The translations under genes were made by a program, and so were the position numbers. Positions 1 to 11,716 of a stretch of 64,000 nucleotides of DNA are shown piece by piece (positions within the stretch are counted from its first letter, which is position 1; each line of letters starts with the position of its first letter). The stretch spans positions 1-64,000 of the forward strand of contig NC_079238.1 in NCBI RefSeq assembly GCF_027921745.1, in the 5' to 3' direction. The stretch is from Schizosaccharomyces osmophilus (Eukaryota). The notes under the pieces were generated by a model. That model was not told where the DNA came from and did not search any database. It worked only from the letters and a program-made list of their open reading frames with translations.

Positions 1-266
1 GTAACCCAAGTAACCCAAGTAACCCAAGTGTAACCCAAGTAACCCAAGTAACCCAAGTAACCCAAGTGTAACCCAAGTGTAACCCAAGTGTAACCCAAGT
101 GTAACCCAAGTAACCCAAGTGTAACCCAAGTAACCCAAGTAACCCAAGTGTAACCCAAGTAACCCAAGTAACCCAAGTAACCCAAGTAACCCAAGTAACC
201 CAAGTGTAACCCAAGTAACCCAAGTAACCCAAGTAACCCAAGAGTAACCCAAGTAACCCAAGTAAC
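1..266 (-). repeat. Telomeric tract (C-rich strand on +): mixed GTAACCCAA (9 bp) and GTGTAACCCAA (11 bp) units, with one GAGTAACCCAA variant near the proximal end
   Basis: Tandem array starts at base 1; reverse complement is GGGTTACTT / GGGTTACACTT. Confidence 0.98.
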
Positions 267-589
267 TTCGGGGGTGGGGTCGCTTCGCTTGTCTTTACTT
301 TATCCTCACACTCGGTAACCGTAACCTAGCGTTGGGAGGGGGTTCGACGTTCGGTGGAGGGCTGTGTGGTGCGGTAGGTTATGTTATGGTAGGTATGTTA
401 GCTTGCACTATTTGCTGACAGTGCGTATGAAATTTGGTACGCTACTACATTTTTGCGATTGCGTTCGAGTGTGCTATTCGGTGAAAATCGGTTCATATGT
501 TCCAAGTTTGCCAGAACCGGGTTATGCCTTATGCACCAAGCCACTCACTTGTGCTCTATTTTCTTCGTTTATATAGTTCTTTTAAATTA

Positions 590-1400
590 TTTTACTTTGT
601 TTATCTTTTCATTTGTTCACCTCTTCACCTCCTTACTTCTTCAACCATGTGTTACTGTTCATTACTTCTCCTCTGCAATTGTTCAATGATGTGTTCATTT
701 GTTCATCTCTTCGATTGTTCAACGATGTGTTACTGTTCATTACTTCTCCTCTGCAATTGTTCAATGATGTGTTCATTTGTTCATCTCTTCGACTGTTCAA
801 CAATGTGTTACTGTTCAACAATGTTTTAGTTTGTTCATGTTTTATCTCTTCATTTGTTCACCTGTTCACCTCCTTACTTCTTCAACCATGTGTTATGTTA
901 CTCTTCACCTCCTTACCTCTTCAACCATGTGTAATTGTTCAACCTTTTATCTCTTCCCTTCTACAATTGTCAACGATTTGTTATTGTTCAACGATGCTTT
1001 AGTTTGTTCATGTATTGGGTTACCTTCAACACTTCACCTCTTCAACTGTGTGTTGGTGTACCTCCAATTTCTCTACTGTTCATTTGTTCATCTCTTCGAC
1101 TGTTCAGCGATTTCTTATCATTCAAAGATGTTTTAGTTTGTTCATGTGTTATGTTACTGTTCGCCTCTTCAACTGTTCAACGATATGTTAATGTGTTAGT
1201 GTACCTCCTATTTCTCTACTGTTCATTTGTTCAATTGTTCACCTGTTCAACGATGTGTTACTGTTCATCTCTTCCCCTCTACAATTGTCAACGATTTGTT
1301 ATTGTTCAACAATGTTTTAGTTTGTTCATGTGTTATGTCACTGTTCACCGGTTCGCCTCTTCAACGGTTGTTACTGTGCTGCTGTGTTAGTGTACCTTCA
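590..1400. repeat. Telomere-associated degenerate minisatellite built on TGTTCA, with a 78-bp tandem unit starting at 647, 725 and 803 (third copy partial)
   Basis: Repeated ATGTGTTACTGTTCA starts 78 bp apart; 26-aa periodicity in the spurious ORFs. Confidence 0.85.
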
Positions 1401-1439
1401 ATGCAAGTCCTTTTCTTACTTTGCAATTGTGCATGCTTC

Positions 1440-4200
1440 CCATCCATGTCCCTCTGTTCCTTTGCCATTCAATATGTCTAATGTCTTACGTCTTACGTCC
1501 AACGCCTATGCCATGCCACTCTCTTCACTCCCGACCCCTCTTCCTCTCTATCTCTCTCTCTCTTTTGCGATCCTTTTTTCCTACAAATTACAAATTACAT
1601 AACAATTTACTAGCTATTTTCCATTTCTATTTTCTGCCTCTCCAAAGCTTTGCGAGAATCCTCATCTCTCTCTCTCTCGATGTGTTCACATACGAATGCC
1701 TGGCTACTTCTACTTCTATCTCCATCTCCAACTCATTCTTTATTTCTATATTTTTTTTTTATTTATTTATATTTTTTTTACCTATCTTAGCTACCTTGTC
1801 TATGTCTTGCGTGTGCCTGTCTGTCTGTCTCCCTTGTTTTTCGTCTTCTGTTCTCTAGCTCTCCCTCCCTCTCTCTCTCTCCGACTGTATCTCACTCTAT
1901 AACTTTGTCTTGCGAATACATCCCTCCGTTATGTGCACATTTTTTATTTATTTTTCTATTATTTACTTATTTTTTTATTGTCTCGCTATATTTTTACCGA
2001 CTCTCTTCTCTTATTGCGTCTCTGTTTATTCCAAAGTTCTGTTGTCTGTCTTTATGTCTTGATGTCTACATGTCTACATGTCTATGGCTGTCTTTGCGAT
2101 TCTCCTTCCTGTTAATATTCAATTATGCAATTCTACAAATATGTTAATGATCTAGACTGTGTCAGTCTGTGTCGCCAATGTCTCTTCTCTCTTGTGCCCT
2201 GCTTTCTCCTACCCCCATCTTCTATATCCAACTCTCTCTCTCTCTCTCTGTGCCTTACGGCTCTCTGTTGCCACTTGCGATTTGTTTCTCTTTTCTGTGT
2301 GTATACTCTTCTTATTTACTTTGTTTTTAGCGATTGGCTGTCCCTTTTCTACTATATCTACCATTCTTCCCCACCCATTGATTTACTTACCCTCTGTTTA
2401 TCATTTATTTCTCTTTTCTCTTTTATCATTGATCTATCATCGAATGCTTTGCTTGTTTATGCTAGTTGTTTTTTCTTTAGTTATTTATTATTTATTCCTT
2501 TTTTCCCTATTTCTCTGCCTCTGTCCTTATGCACTTTTGGGCCCAAGTGTTTGTCTTCTTCCTTTTGTAATTTCCTTCGTCTCTATCTCTCCCTCTCTAA
2601 TTTTTACGATTTTTAATATTTCTATTTCTATCATTTTTGAAACTTGATTTTTCCATTCATACTTGCTTTCAATCTTTCCACAGTGTGTGTCTTGGTATGT
2701 CTATTTTTCGTATTGTCAACAATCTTTTGCTTCACTCAAGCAATTCTACGTCTTTTCTTTTCTAATCAAATATCTTACTCCTGTTTTTTAAATTATTTAA
2801 TTTTATTTTATTATCCTGTCTTGTCTACCCTAATTTAATCAACTAGTCGGTTTTATCTGTGTCTGTGTCTGCGTCTCTCTCTTCCTCGCTCCCAAACTCC
2901 CTGCTTTCTATTTATTTATATTTCTTTTATTTTGTTTTTATATTTTGTTTCTTTTTGTCTTGTCTTGTCTTGTTATCTCCTTTTTAAAAAATAAAAAAAA
3001 AAATATCCAACTTACTTACTGCCTTCCTTACTATCATTGCCTGGTCTGTGTCTGTGTCTTTGCTTTGCACTTCTATTAGTTCCACTTCCTTCACCTATGC
3101 AACCAACTACTCTTGTTTTATTTTTAACGACACTCTTTTTTTAGTGTCAGTGTCAGTGTCAGTGTCAGTGTGTGTATGCATCTTTGCGACCACCGACCGC
3201 TTCTCGTAAACACCGACCAAGTCTTTCTCTTCTTGTTTTATTTCATTCTTTTATTCTCTTTCATCCACTACCTTTTGTATAATATAAAAAATACAAATCA
3301 AATCTCGTCTTCAGCTGTCTTTTTCCTCTTCTACCTCCATTGTTCCTAGCTTTCACCAGTTCCTATATATTCTGTGTATGTATGCCTATGTCAATAAATT
3401 CATTTTACGAATTTGCAGCGAATATTCATATTGATTCGTTTATTACTATTTTCCTTTTTTTTTCAACTCTGTATACTACCAATTCCTTGGGTTCCACCAC
3501 ACTTCACTTAACTATATTTCCCTCATCTGTTAAAACTTTTCATCGCGAATTATTCACTCGTTTCTCCTTCAAATCGACCAAGAAATGGCTTCTTCTACTA
3601 GTAATTTTTTATATTTTTACATATATTGATTTGAAATACTGGTTGTTTTTCTCGCTCATTCTTTGACATAATCGAAAAAGAAATTTACCAATATACTTTT
3701 TATTTATTTATCTTTATATATAAAACAAAAATTATTTTTCCATCAATTCCATCAACATTGAACCGACAAAATTATTCAAAAAAACAACATTACAAACATA
3801 TACAAACTCTCAAGACTCATTTCCAACCCAACATCTAGTGTCCATACTGTATGACTCTAACTTGGTAATCCGACAAACATTACTACTACTACTACCAAGC
3901 CTGGCTCTCTCTCTCTCTCTCTTCCTGTGTCTGTGCCGGTGCCTGTGCTTGCGACCAAGACAATATACTTGGGACTGTATCTCCAAGTATATCCAAGTCT
4001 AACCCAAATGGTTCCCCCCTGCCCTGCCTGTTCGTCTATACGTATATCCATATCTCTCCGACTTCCCCTCGACCCTCTTCTGCTTATCTTTATCTTTTTA
4101 GCAAACAAGTCCCGTCCTTCCTTCTTTTTCTTCTTTCTTTCGCTTTTTTTTTTGTGTACAGTGAAAAGTGTACAGTGTAACGTGTATCCTTTATTAGCTA
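1440..4200. other. Pyrimidine-rich low-complexity subtelomeric DNA with CT, TGTC and AGTGTC microsatellites; not protein coding
   Basis: Strong T/C skew on +; ORFs are L/F/S-rich with no domain-like content. Confidence 0.7.
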
Positions 4201-4375
4201 TGCGTTGAATCCAAGTGCTAAACGCTTTCTTGTTGTTTGTGCTTCATTCTGTAAGTATTTATGTGCTGCTTTTTATTTTTTCATTCTGTATTTACTGTTG
4301 TCTTTGTGTAATGGTTACCTCATCCCCCAACTAAACGAAAACGAGCGACAGCCTTGCAAACCCAAACCGTTACCG

Positions 4376-4483
4376 GGGTTACTTGGGTTAAGGGTATACA
4401 GGTTGTCTGGGTTAAGGGTATACGGGTTCTCTGGGTTAAGGGTATGTGAGCGAAAGTGTTATGGGTTACGGGTTACCGGTTAA
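4376..4483 (+). repeat. Internal telomere-like repeats in inverted orientation (G-rich strand on +)
   Basis: Perfect GGGTTACTTGGGTTA at 4376-4390, three TGGGTTAAGGGTAT units, then GGGTTACGGGTTAC. Confidence 0.8.
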
Positions 4484-6401
4484 TTATTTTTCTGGTTTGG
4501 GCCTATTTTATGTTTTGTGTAGTCCGTTGTCTTTTGTGTAACGAAACTAACTTAACTGACTGACTGACTTCCAACCCAAGTAGTCTTGAAATAAACGACA
4601 TGATAATTCCAAAATCATTGCCTGGGTTGCGAGCGCGAAAGTGTCGTATGTTAAGTCTTACCGTGCTACAAACTGTAGGCGGAATTGTCATTTGCCGTGT
4701 GCCGTGTGCCGTGTGCCAAATGCCTTGGGTTGAGTGTGAATACTAAGCGTTTGTTTTTTTGCAAAAGTGAACCCTTGCAAGCCTTATGGTTGCAGTCTTA
4801 CTTTTCTGTTTCCACTGAAAATACTAATTACAGTGTTGTATCATACGGAACTGCTTTGGTTCTACTGTCTACCTTTTCTGTTCACGTCCTCCGAGTTGTC
4901 TGTCAATCAACTGAACTGAACTCAACTCAACGATTCCAAACGGAAAAGCCTTCCTCTATATGTATTCTAATGTTTTTTTGTTGTTTTTAGTGTAGTGTTT
5001 GATGTATCTGACGTGTCTGATGTGTGCTACGTGCAATACAAAAGTTTGTAGCTGTATGACCTATGTGTGTAATGTGTTCAGCGTTTATTTGTTAAAAACC
5101 TTATCTTGGGTTACCATCCTACATGTCCGAGGTATTGAAAAAAAAAAAAACCGAATACCAACGTTTTGTCCAACGACCCAATCGAAACAACGGCTTAGCC
5201 GAAAGCTGCATGGTAGTTTCACATATATGACAATCAAATACTTTTTGTGCGAGATATGTGCAAAAGCTTTCGCGATCAAAAAATATTAAATATTGTATCT
5301 TTTTACAAATCAATGTACAAATTGGTGCAAGCGTAAGTGAATGTTTGAAAACACATCTGCCGCAACCAAATCAATAGTTATATAAATTTGTAGAGAATAG
5401 TACCAAGAATCAACATCGCTCTGTTCATTTTGCGAGTTTTATTTGTTTATTTCAACTAATAATTCTTGCAAGTATTTCTCAGTGTTGCAACAGCAACAGT
5501 ATAATGCAAACGTTCGCTGGCAAGTACTAGCAAGTACATTTGATTTTCTACAGTTTCATGAGTTTCTTTACGATTTTTCTCTATTTTCTACTTATTTATA
5601 TTTATTTATGTTTTCTTTTATCGTTTTCCATAGTTTAATATAGTTTTAGTACTTGTATTTCATTTTTTCATTTTTTTTTTTTTTTCAACCATTTTTTAGA
5701 ATGTTTGTTTGTTTATTAACGAAAAAAATTTAATTCTTTAAACACTTATAACGAAAGTACGGTACAATCTACTACCCATAATAAGGCATACGCGTTCGAA
5801 AGCGTTGTTCACATATAGCAAAGGGGCTAGAATAGTTTTACCAAAACGAGCGTGGTCGTAATAGTATACTAACATCCTTTGCGGCTGCGCGCATTAAAGA
5901 AAAATAGCAACTTAGTTTAACAGCGGGTTTACAAATATAGCGAAAGACACAGTAGCGTGAAAGAGGTAATAGGGAATTACGTTAGTATCCTCCCGAACAA
6001 ACTATGACGCTCAAGTGTTGCTCCTTCTTTTCATTTACTGAACCATATCATTAAGCATGGTATGCTGCTGTAATATTACAAACAATGTCTTGTCCTATAT
6101 AACACTATAGCAGACTTTATTACTCAAAGTAATTTCCTTTCAAACCACTGCTACTGCTCTCTCGATCAACCAAATAAGTTCAAAGTTGAATAAGTCGACG
6201 AAAACTCGACGAAATCGAATGAAACAAACATCAATTTACTTGTATTCTTTTCTATTTTTATATATATCAAGAAATGTTTTCCTACGAGATTGAGCCAAGA
6301 AAAGCCTTTCAAAAACAACAAGAATAACTTTTAAAAAACAAAAAGAAATCATTGAAAACAAATTTTCATCAACTGATTTGTTTCTACTTGGCCATCGTTT
6401 T

Positions 6402-6506
6402 CACTTGGGTATTACTTACTATTTACTACTTAGACTTATTACTTAGTACTTAGTACTTGGGACTTACTACTTTTTACTTAGTACTTGGGACTTCGACTTA
6501 GACTTC
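6402..6506. repeat. Degenerate ACTT/TACTTAG/ACTTGGG repeat patch, possibly telomere-derived
   Basis: Repeated TACTTAG, GACTT and CTTGGG words. Confidence 0.5.
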
Positions 6507-7071
6507 AAAATGTGAATTTTAAACTTGAATATCTCGACGAATATTTGACTTGCTCGAGTCAAACAAGTTTTAGTTTACTCTTATTCTTTTACATTTTTAC
6601 ATATATGAATTTTAATTTTATAGCAAAATTGAGCCTTCAAACGATTCAAAAAAAACAACACAGTTATTTTATTTTTAGACGTGCAAACGAAAATAAATCC
6701 AAGTCAATTTTCGTTTTTTTATTTCAAGATCCTTCCATTCTCTATTCTATACCTAACATAGCTGATTCCTATTTATTCTAACCCCATTCTAAATACGATT
6801 GCTTAGTTTTTTGTTGTAAAGAAACAGTTTCCTTCTTCATCATTCAATTTAACGACATTATAGAAACTGAAATCGTTCAACCAAGTTTAATATTTCATAT
6901 TTTTTCACAAACATCATCACCAACACACTTGATGTTGTTTCATAAAGTCTTTGAAACTTTCTAGATCCACTCTGTTGTATGTTTAAACATATTCCTTCCC
7001 ATAAACAGACAAAGACTTACATATCATCGTCATCGTCTTGCCAATGCTTGAAATGAAAAAGTCTCAATCTC

Positions 7072-9933
7072 TCAGAGAGCATCAAGAATATCAGTCACTA
7101 GAAAGTAAACAACATTCACAAATTCAGATGTCGTGCCACTCGGCTGACAAATAAAGTTAAAAAAATTTTGATCGTCCAAATTTCCCTCTAGAAATTGATT
7201 AGCAATCGCTTGCTTATAATTCCCATTGCTCCAAGCAAAAAAAGCAACTTTGCCAAGTTTTCCCCTAGCCCACGATTTGCACTTTGACTTGTACGGAAAA
7301 TCCTCTTCTAAATGTTCAAATGTCGTTAATCCGCAATACATACAAGCTCCCGAAAACTGAAACTTATACGGACACTTGAATCTCGTGTGATCAGTTTGTC
7401 GACATCGAAAGCATCTTTTCACCTCTAAAGGGCATGTATTCTTGTGTATTACAGAGCGGTTTCCACCTTGTTCAACAAAACATGATATGCATTCTTTTCG
7501 AAATTCTCTGAAAAACTTTTCCAACAAACTTGTCTTTGACAAACTGGCCATCCAATGCCTTTTAACACCTTCGCACCGGTTATCATATCCCAATTGATTC
7601 TTCTTGTGCAAATTATAATCATCACCATCGCCATAGCTATCGCCATCGCCATCGACATCGACATCGCCATGAGTTTCTAGAAACGAACGTTTTCTAGCAT
7701 CAGTGCTTTTCGATAGTGTTGGGGATGAGAAAAAAGTTGTTTCAGAATGACCTGATTTGCTGCTCGAAACATCTGTCTTGCTTGTCGAACTTACTGGGGT
7801 GACTCGACCATAACTACCACCACTTTCTTCGTTATCCTTTGTGATTGTGCAATTCATCAATTTTGAATCAGCAGACAAAGCATCTGAAGAACAAGCGCTT
7901 TGCGGTGTGGGTGGTGATCCACTGGCAAGCTTCTTCTTCCGTGTCGGTGTCAATGTCTCCTTGTCTTTGTCTTTGTCTTTGACCTTGTCCTTCTCAACAG
8001 AGAGCAGCTCTTTTTCTCTTTCATCCAGTAATCCCGGGTTACATCGAGAACAAACGACATAGTCAGGCAAAAAGTCACAACCACTGCATTGATCATCCAT
8101 CTCACTTGCTAAAAACGACCGAACGCACATTGATTTGTCCTCAACGAAGTTTTTCATCCTAACGTCAATATACGCTGACGTAGACACTTCATACTTGCTG
8201 TAAAACATAGAAGCAATCGAAAACTTGCCATCCCTTCCAGCACGACCTGTTTCCTGAGCAAAATCCATAGACGTAGACGGTGACCCATAGTGAATTACAA
8301 GACGCACTTCCGGGTAATCGATACCAAGCCCAAAAGCTTTCGTGGCCACCATAATACGATTGTTGTTGCTTTCCAAGTCTGTAAACATATTAAAACATGT
8401 ATGTCGCTCTTCCTCTGCCATATCACCTGTATACGAAACGGCACAAGTTTCGATCCTTTCTGCAGAATTTATTTTGACCTGCAATTCCTCCACGTTTTTC
8501 TTTGTCCGGCAAAATAGAATTGCTCGGCCATTTCCCTCAAAAACTCCAGCTCTTATCATCAAGTCACGGAGATCGTTTAAAAACTGTTCCTTGTCAAGCT
8601 GCTTTAATAAATAATGAATGTTTTTTCGAGCCGTTAGTGTTTTGATTCCTTGAAAGTGCGTACAAAACGTCTCGCTAGCACGAGCCTCCAGTTCACGGGG
8701 AAACGTAGCGCTAAGAAGAATGATTGGCGCCGCAATTCCAGACAACCTTGACGCTTTCCACAAAACGTGCCTCCAACCGCCATCTGTCAACAAACTATGC
8801 GCCTCATCAATAACAATGCGGGCCAGCCGTCCATTGGCCGCAAGACTCTCAAAAAAACACAGTGCTTCGTTCGTCAATGCCGAGTCATAAGAAAGAATAA
8901 ACATGTCCGGTAGATTATATGAATCTGGCGGAGTCCGCTTGTATACTTTCCAGTCATTAGAACAAACCAGAGTTTTCGCTTCGTTTGCTCTTCGTGCCAT
9001 ATCCTGCCGTAGAGAGATGAGAGGTACCAGAACGACGGTAATAAGTCCAGTCCGCTTTTGCTTTTCAATAAAGGCGGGCAATAAAAAAGATAGAGATTTC
9101 CCTGAACCTGTTGCAAGTACCGAGATCAAGTTGACACGTTTCAAATACGAAAAATAGACAGACTGAAGTTGCTCCATAGAACGAAACTTTGATGGCTTAC
9201 CATAAAACTTTGATAAAGCATACACGCAAAGTCGAATCGTCGATTGAGATGGACACATAGATGGTGATGGTGATGCATACAAACTTGGGCTACTTTGTAT
9301 TTGCTGTTCTTCGGTCCCAGTCTCAGTCGTTGTCCTGGTCCTTGGTACAACAGCAACCGCTGCTTGGTTCGTGTTCAAATTCAAATCCAGCTCTTGACAT
9401 TGTTTTCCTTCCCCACGACGAGTCTCTTTTTCGACGACATCGGTGTTTCCATAAGTGTCGCCGTCCTGCGTCTCAGTTTGTGCTTGTGTCTGCACTTCTT
9501 TCGCTTTCCATACCGCCAAACGTTGTTGCATCGTTTTTATCTCGTCAGCTTTTTCCAATAATTGGTCAATGTTGTTTTGTGGCTTGCTGGTCTCAATTAT
9601 GAATCCACCGCTACTATTGTCTTTGATTTCTAACAGCTCTTGCCATCGAAAACTTGCCCGAAAAAAGTTTGTGAAAAAATCCGCCGGCAAGTTATTCAAA
9701 TTGTCGGAAGTGCGACCATAAATTAGCAAAGCCGTACTTCGTGCATGACCAGCTTGCATGTCAAAGAATGAATCTCTTACTCCTTCTTCTTCAATATTTC
9801 TTTCCTTAAAGTAGTGGGAAATATGACGATAATTCCGAAATACCAATGACTTTTGAATATTCTCATAAGTCACTCTTGGGAAAATCCGATAGGGAGCATC
9901 CGTTGTCAATAGCTGACCTCCTACAACAAACAT
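7072..9933 (-). CDS. tlh1: Telomere-linked RecQ-family helicase, intact C-terminal 953 aa (SF2 helicase, RQC Zn cluster, C-terminal Zn knuckles)
   Basis: ATGSGKS (motif I), VIDEAH (II), SAT (III), ATKAFGLGID (V), QETGRAGRDG (VI), Cys-rich RQC, CFRCRQTDHTRFKC knuckle; transcribed toward the telomere. Confidence 0.93.
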   Translation of the reverse strand: MFVVGGQLLTTDAPYRIFPRVTYENIQKSLVFRNYRHISHYFKERNIEEEGVRDSFFDMQAGHARSTALLIYGRTSDNLNNLPADFFTNFFRASFRWQELLEIKDNSSGGFIIETSKPQNNIDQLLEKADEIKTMQQRLAVWKAKEVQTQAQTETQDGDTYGNTDVVEKETRRGEGKQCQELDLNLNTNQAAVAVVPRTRTTTETGTEEQQIQSSPSLYASPSPSMCPSQSTIRLCVYALSKFYGKPSKFRSMEQLQSVYFSYLKRVNLISVLATGSGKSLSFLLPAFIEKQKRTGLITVVLVPLISLRQDMARRANEAKTLVCSNDWKVYKRTPPDSYNLPDMFILSYDSALTNEALCFFESLAANGRLARIVIDEAHSLLTDGGWRHVLWKASRLSGIAAPIILLSATFPRELEARASETFCTHFQGIKTLTARKNIHYLLKQLDKEQFLNDLRDLMIRAGVFEGNGRAILFCRTKKNVEELQVKINSAERIETCAVSYTGDMAEEERHTCFNMFTDLESNNNRIMVATKAFGLGIDYPEVRLVIHYGSPSTSMDFAQETGRAGRDGKFSIASMFYSKYEVSTSAYIDVRMKNFVEDKSMCVRSFLASEMDDQCSGCDFLPDYVVCSRCNPGLLDEREKELLSVEKDKVKDKDKDKETLTPTRKKKLASGSPPTPQSACSSDALSADSKLMNCTITKDNEESGGSYGRVTPVSSTSKTDVSSSKSGHSETTFFSSPTLSKSTDARKRSFLETHGDVDVDGDGDSYGDGDDYNLHKKNQLGYDNRCEGVKRHWMASLSKTSLLEKFFREFRKECISCFVEQGGNRSVIHKNTCPLEVKRCFRCRQTDHTRFKCPYKFQFSGACMYCGLTTFEHLEEDFPYKSKCKSWARGKLGKVAFFAWSNGNYKQAIANQFLEGNLDDQNFFNFICQPSGTTSEFVNVVYFLVTDILDAL

Positions 9934-10960
9934 TGCCTTGTCATATATGGAGGCCGCTTTGGCGTCGTGAGTTTCTACATAACTTAACTCAACAAAGACT
10001 CAAATGGTCGCACTAATGCATAGTATCGTATTGCAAGTATGGAAAGAGGCTCGGGCAGAAACCTTGCAATGGGCTTTTCAGCAAACTTCATGTTTCGTGT
10101 CTTGTCATACCTGGTGTAAATCATCAGTCTTCCCAGTAGAACGTACAGCTCTCTAGCCTTAAAATTTGTATTCTTAAAATACCAGTAGCCCATTTCTAGC
10201 TTCGCCAATGCACGAATAGATCGAATCGGGATCATGTTGAAACAATACCAAAGTTGGGCTCAAGCCAATAAGCGAATGAGCATATCCTTCTCTTCTTTTC
10301 AGCAAATGAAGCATTCGGTTGGTTTCACTTAAATAATCAAACAAATTACTACTCCCTGGCGTAATATATCGAAAAACTTGGGAATATGCAATTGAATCTG
10401 ATTTGTGAAAATCTGGAATGGAAGACACGTCGACCAATTTTTCTTCTACCAACCGTCTAAACTCTGACGCGGCAACTAGACGACAACTGTAAATTCATCG
10501 AGCAAGATGTGGACGAATCGACAATCGCCGAAAAAACTTTCTATCCGTCTTCTCCAGCAACCGGAGCACAGTTTACTTTGAAAAATAGACGATTCCTCTG
10601 AATGATTCCTTTTTTCGTGATAATGACTGCAGCAGTACACGCCGTTCGCATTCTTTCAAGCTCTTTTCTTCCGTGATAATGCCTTATATGATGACAAAAG
10701 GTGTCGAGATTTCCATGCACATAACCGTTCCCGCTCTCTATGCAGGGTGTACACTCGTATACTTCTTTAGGAGAAGAATACTCTGCCAATACCTCTTGCG
10801 TAGTCGAAAAACTCCAATTATTTAGCTCTGTAGCCGAATCCAAATTCATTTCTGATTTATGCCTCACTATAGCTGTCGAGAAAGAAATTGTACAATTCAA
10901 ATATAATAGTGATTGCACAATGATACATGCACCCCATTAGAACATGCAGCTCTTTACATA
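9934..10960 (-). pseudogene. Fragmented 5' half of the tlh gene (frameshifts, stops, internal deletions)
   Basis: Segments YECTPC..FCHHIRHYH, IYSCRLVAASEF.., RELYVLLGRLMIYTRYDKTRNMKFAEKPI resemble the S. pombe Tlh N-terminal half (from memory) but lie in different frames; 5-bp duplication TAACT at 9980-9989. Confidence 0.85.
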
Positions 10961-11062
10961 GATGATATAAGCTTTTTGATAATACGATACTACTAGCAAT
11001 TGTATACTATCAGCATTACTGATATATAATAATATGCTCATAGATGCGCGTAAAGACATAAT

Positions 11063-11444
11063 TGTCATAACCGGTATACGATATTACTGTATTTTGATAC
11101 AACAATCATATTGTATTATCAAAAAATGTTGTTACAAAAGTAAAAATTCATTTCTGCGATTGAAAATCTAAAAAATCTAGAACTAAGGTTATTAAGGAAC
11201 TTAGTAATCCTATCAGGGTATTTATATACCTCTAGTTGAAAAATCCAATCTTCAGATTGGAAGATTTGACTGATCTAGCTAAATAAATTGTTTATACAAC
11301 TTGCTTAGTGACTCAGATCCCTGGAACTATTACTATTCTTTTCTAGTAGTAAAAAGCTAACAATGTTAGTATTATTCTTGTTTATTTGTATATTTGTTTC
11401 CACTGAAAACTTATTCTCTTAACAACGAGACTTCGCCTGTGACA
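11063..11444 (-). mobile_element. Solo LTR (Tf-like retrotransposon), no matching TSD
   Basis: TGTCATAA...TGTGACA termini; similar to other copies in the window; strand inferred from the TATATAAATA orientation; flanks ATAAT / CTGTT. Confidence 0.88.
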
Positions 11445-11716
11445 CTGTTGTTTATAATCTGTAATAAAGAAATCTATCGTATTATAACACTATAAATAAT
11501 CTCGTCTTTGACATTTCGTAGTTTCAAAGTTTATATTTAAAGTACAACAGTATTCTTCTCCAATTTACCCAGGGCAAGCTAAGTCAAAGTAAAAGTAAGC
11601 TATTGAGTAGAAGTGGAGGATAGTGGGTAGAAAAGAAAAAAGGTTCCCATAATTATCAATTAAAAACTGATAAATAATAAACATAATGACATAAGCCCGC
11701 TTTTGTATTGTCGAAA

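Noticed and set aside
4999..5289. Cys-rich ORF with FLCEICAKAF resembling a C2H2 zinc finger
   Set aside because: The His ligands are missing and the frame stops; at best an unprovable remnant.
364..6781. Dozens of short ORFs in the telomere-proximal region
   Set aside because: They are translations of repeats and pyrimidine-rich DNA with no domain-like content.
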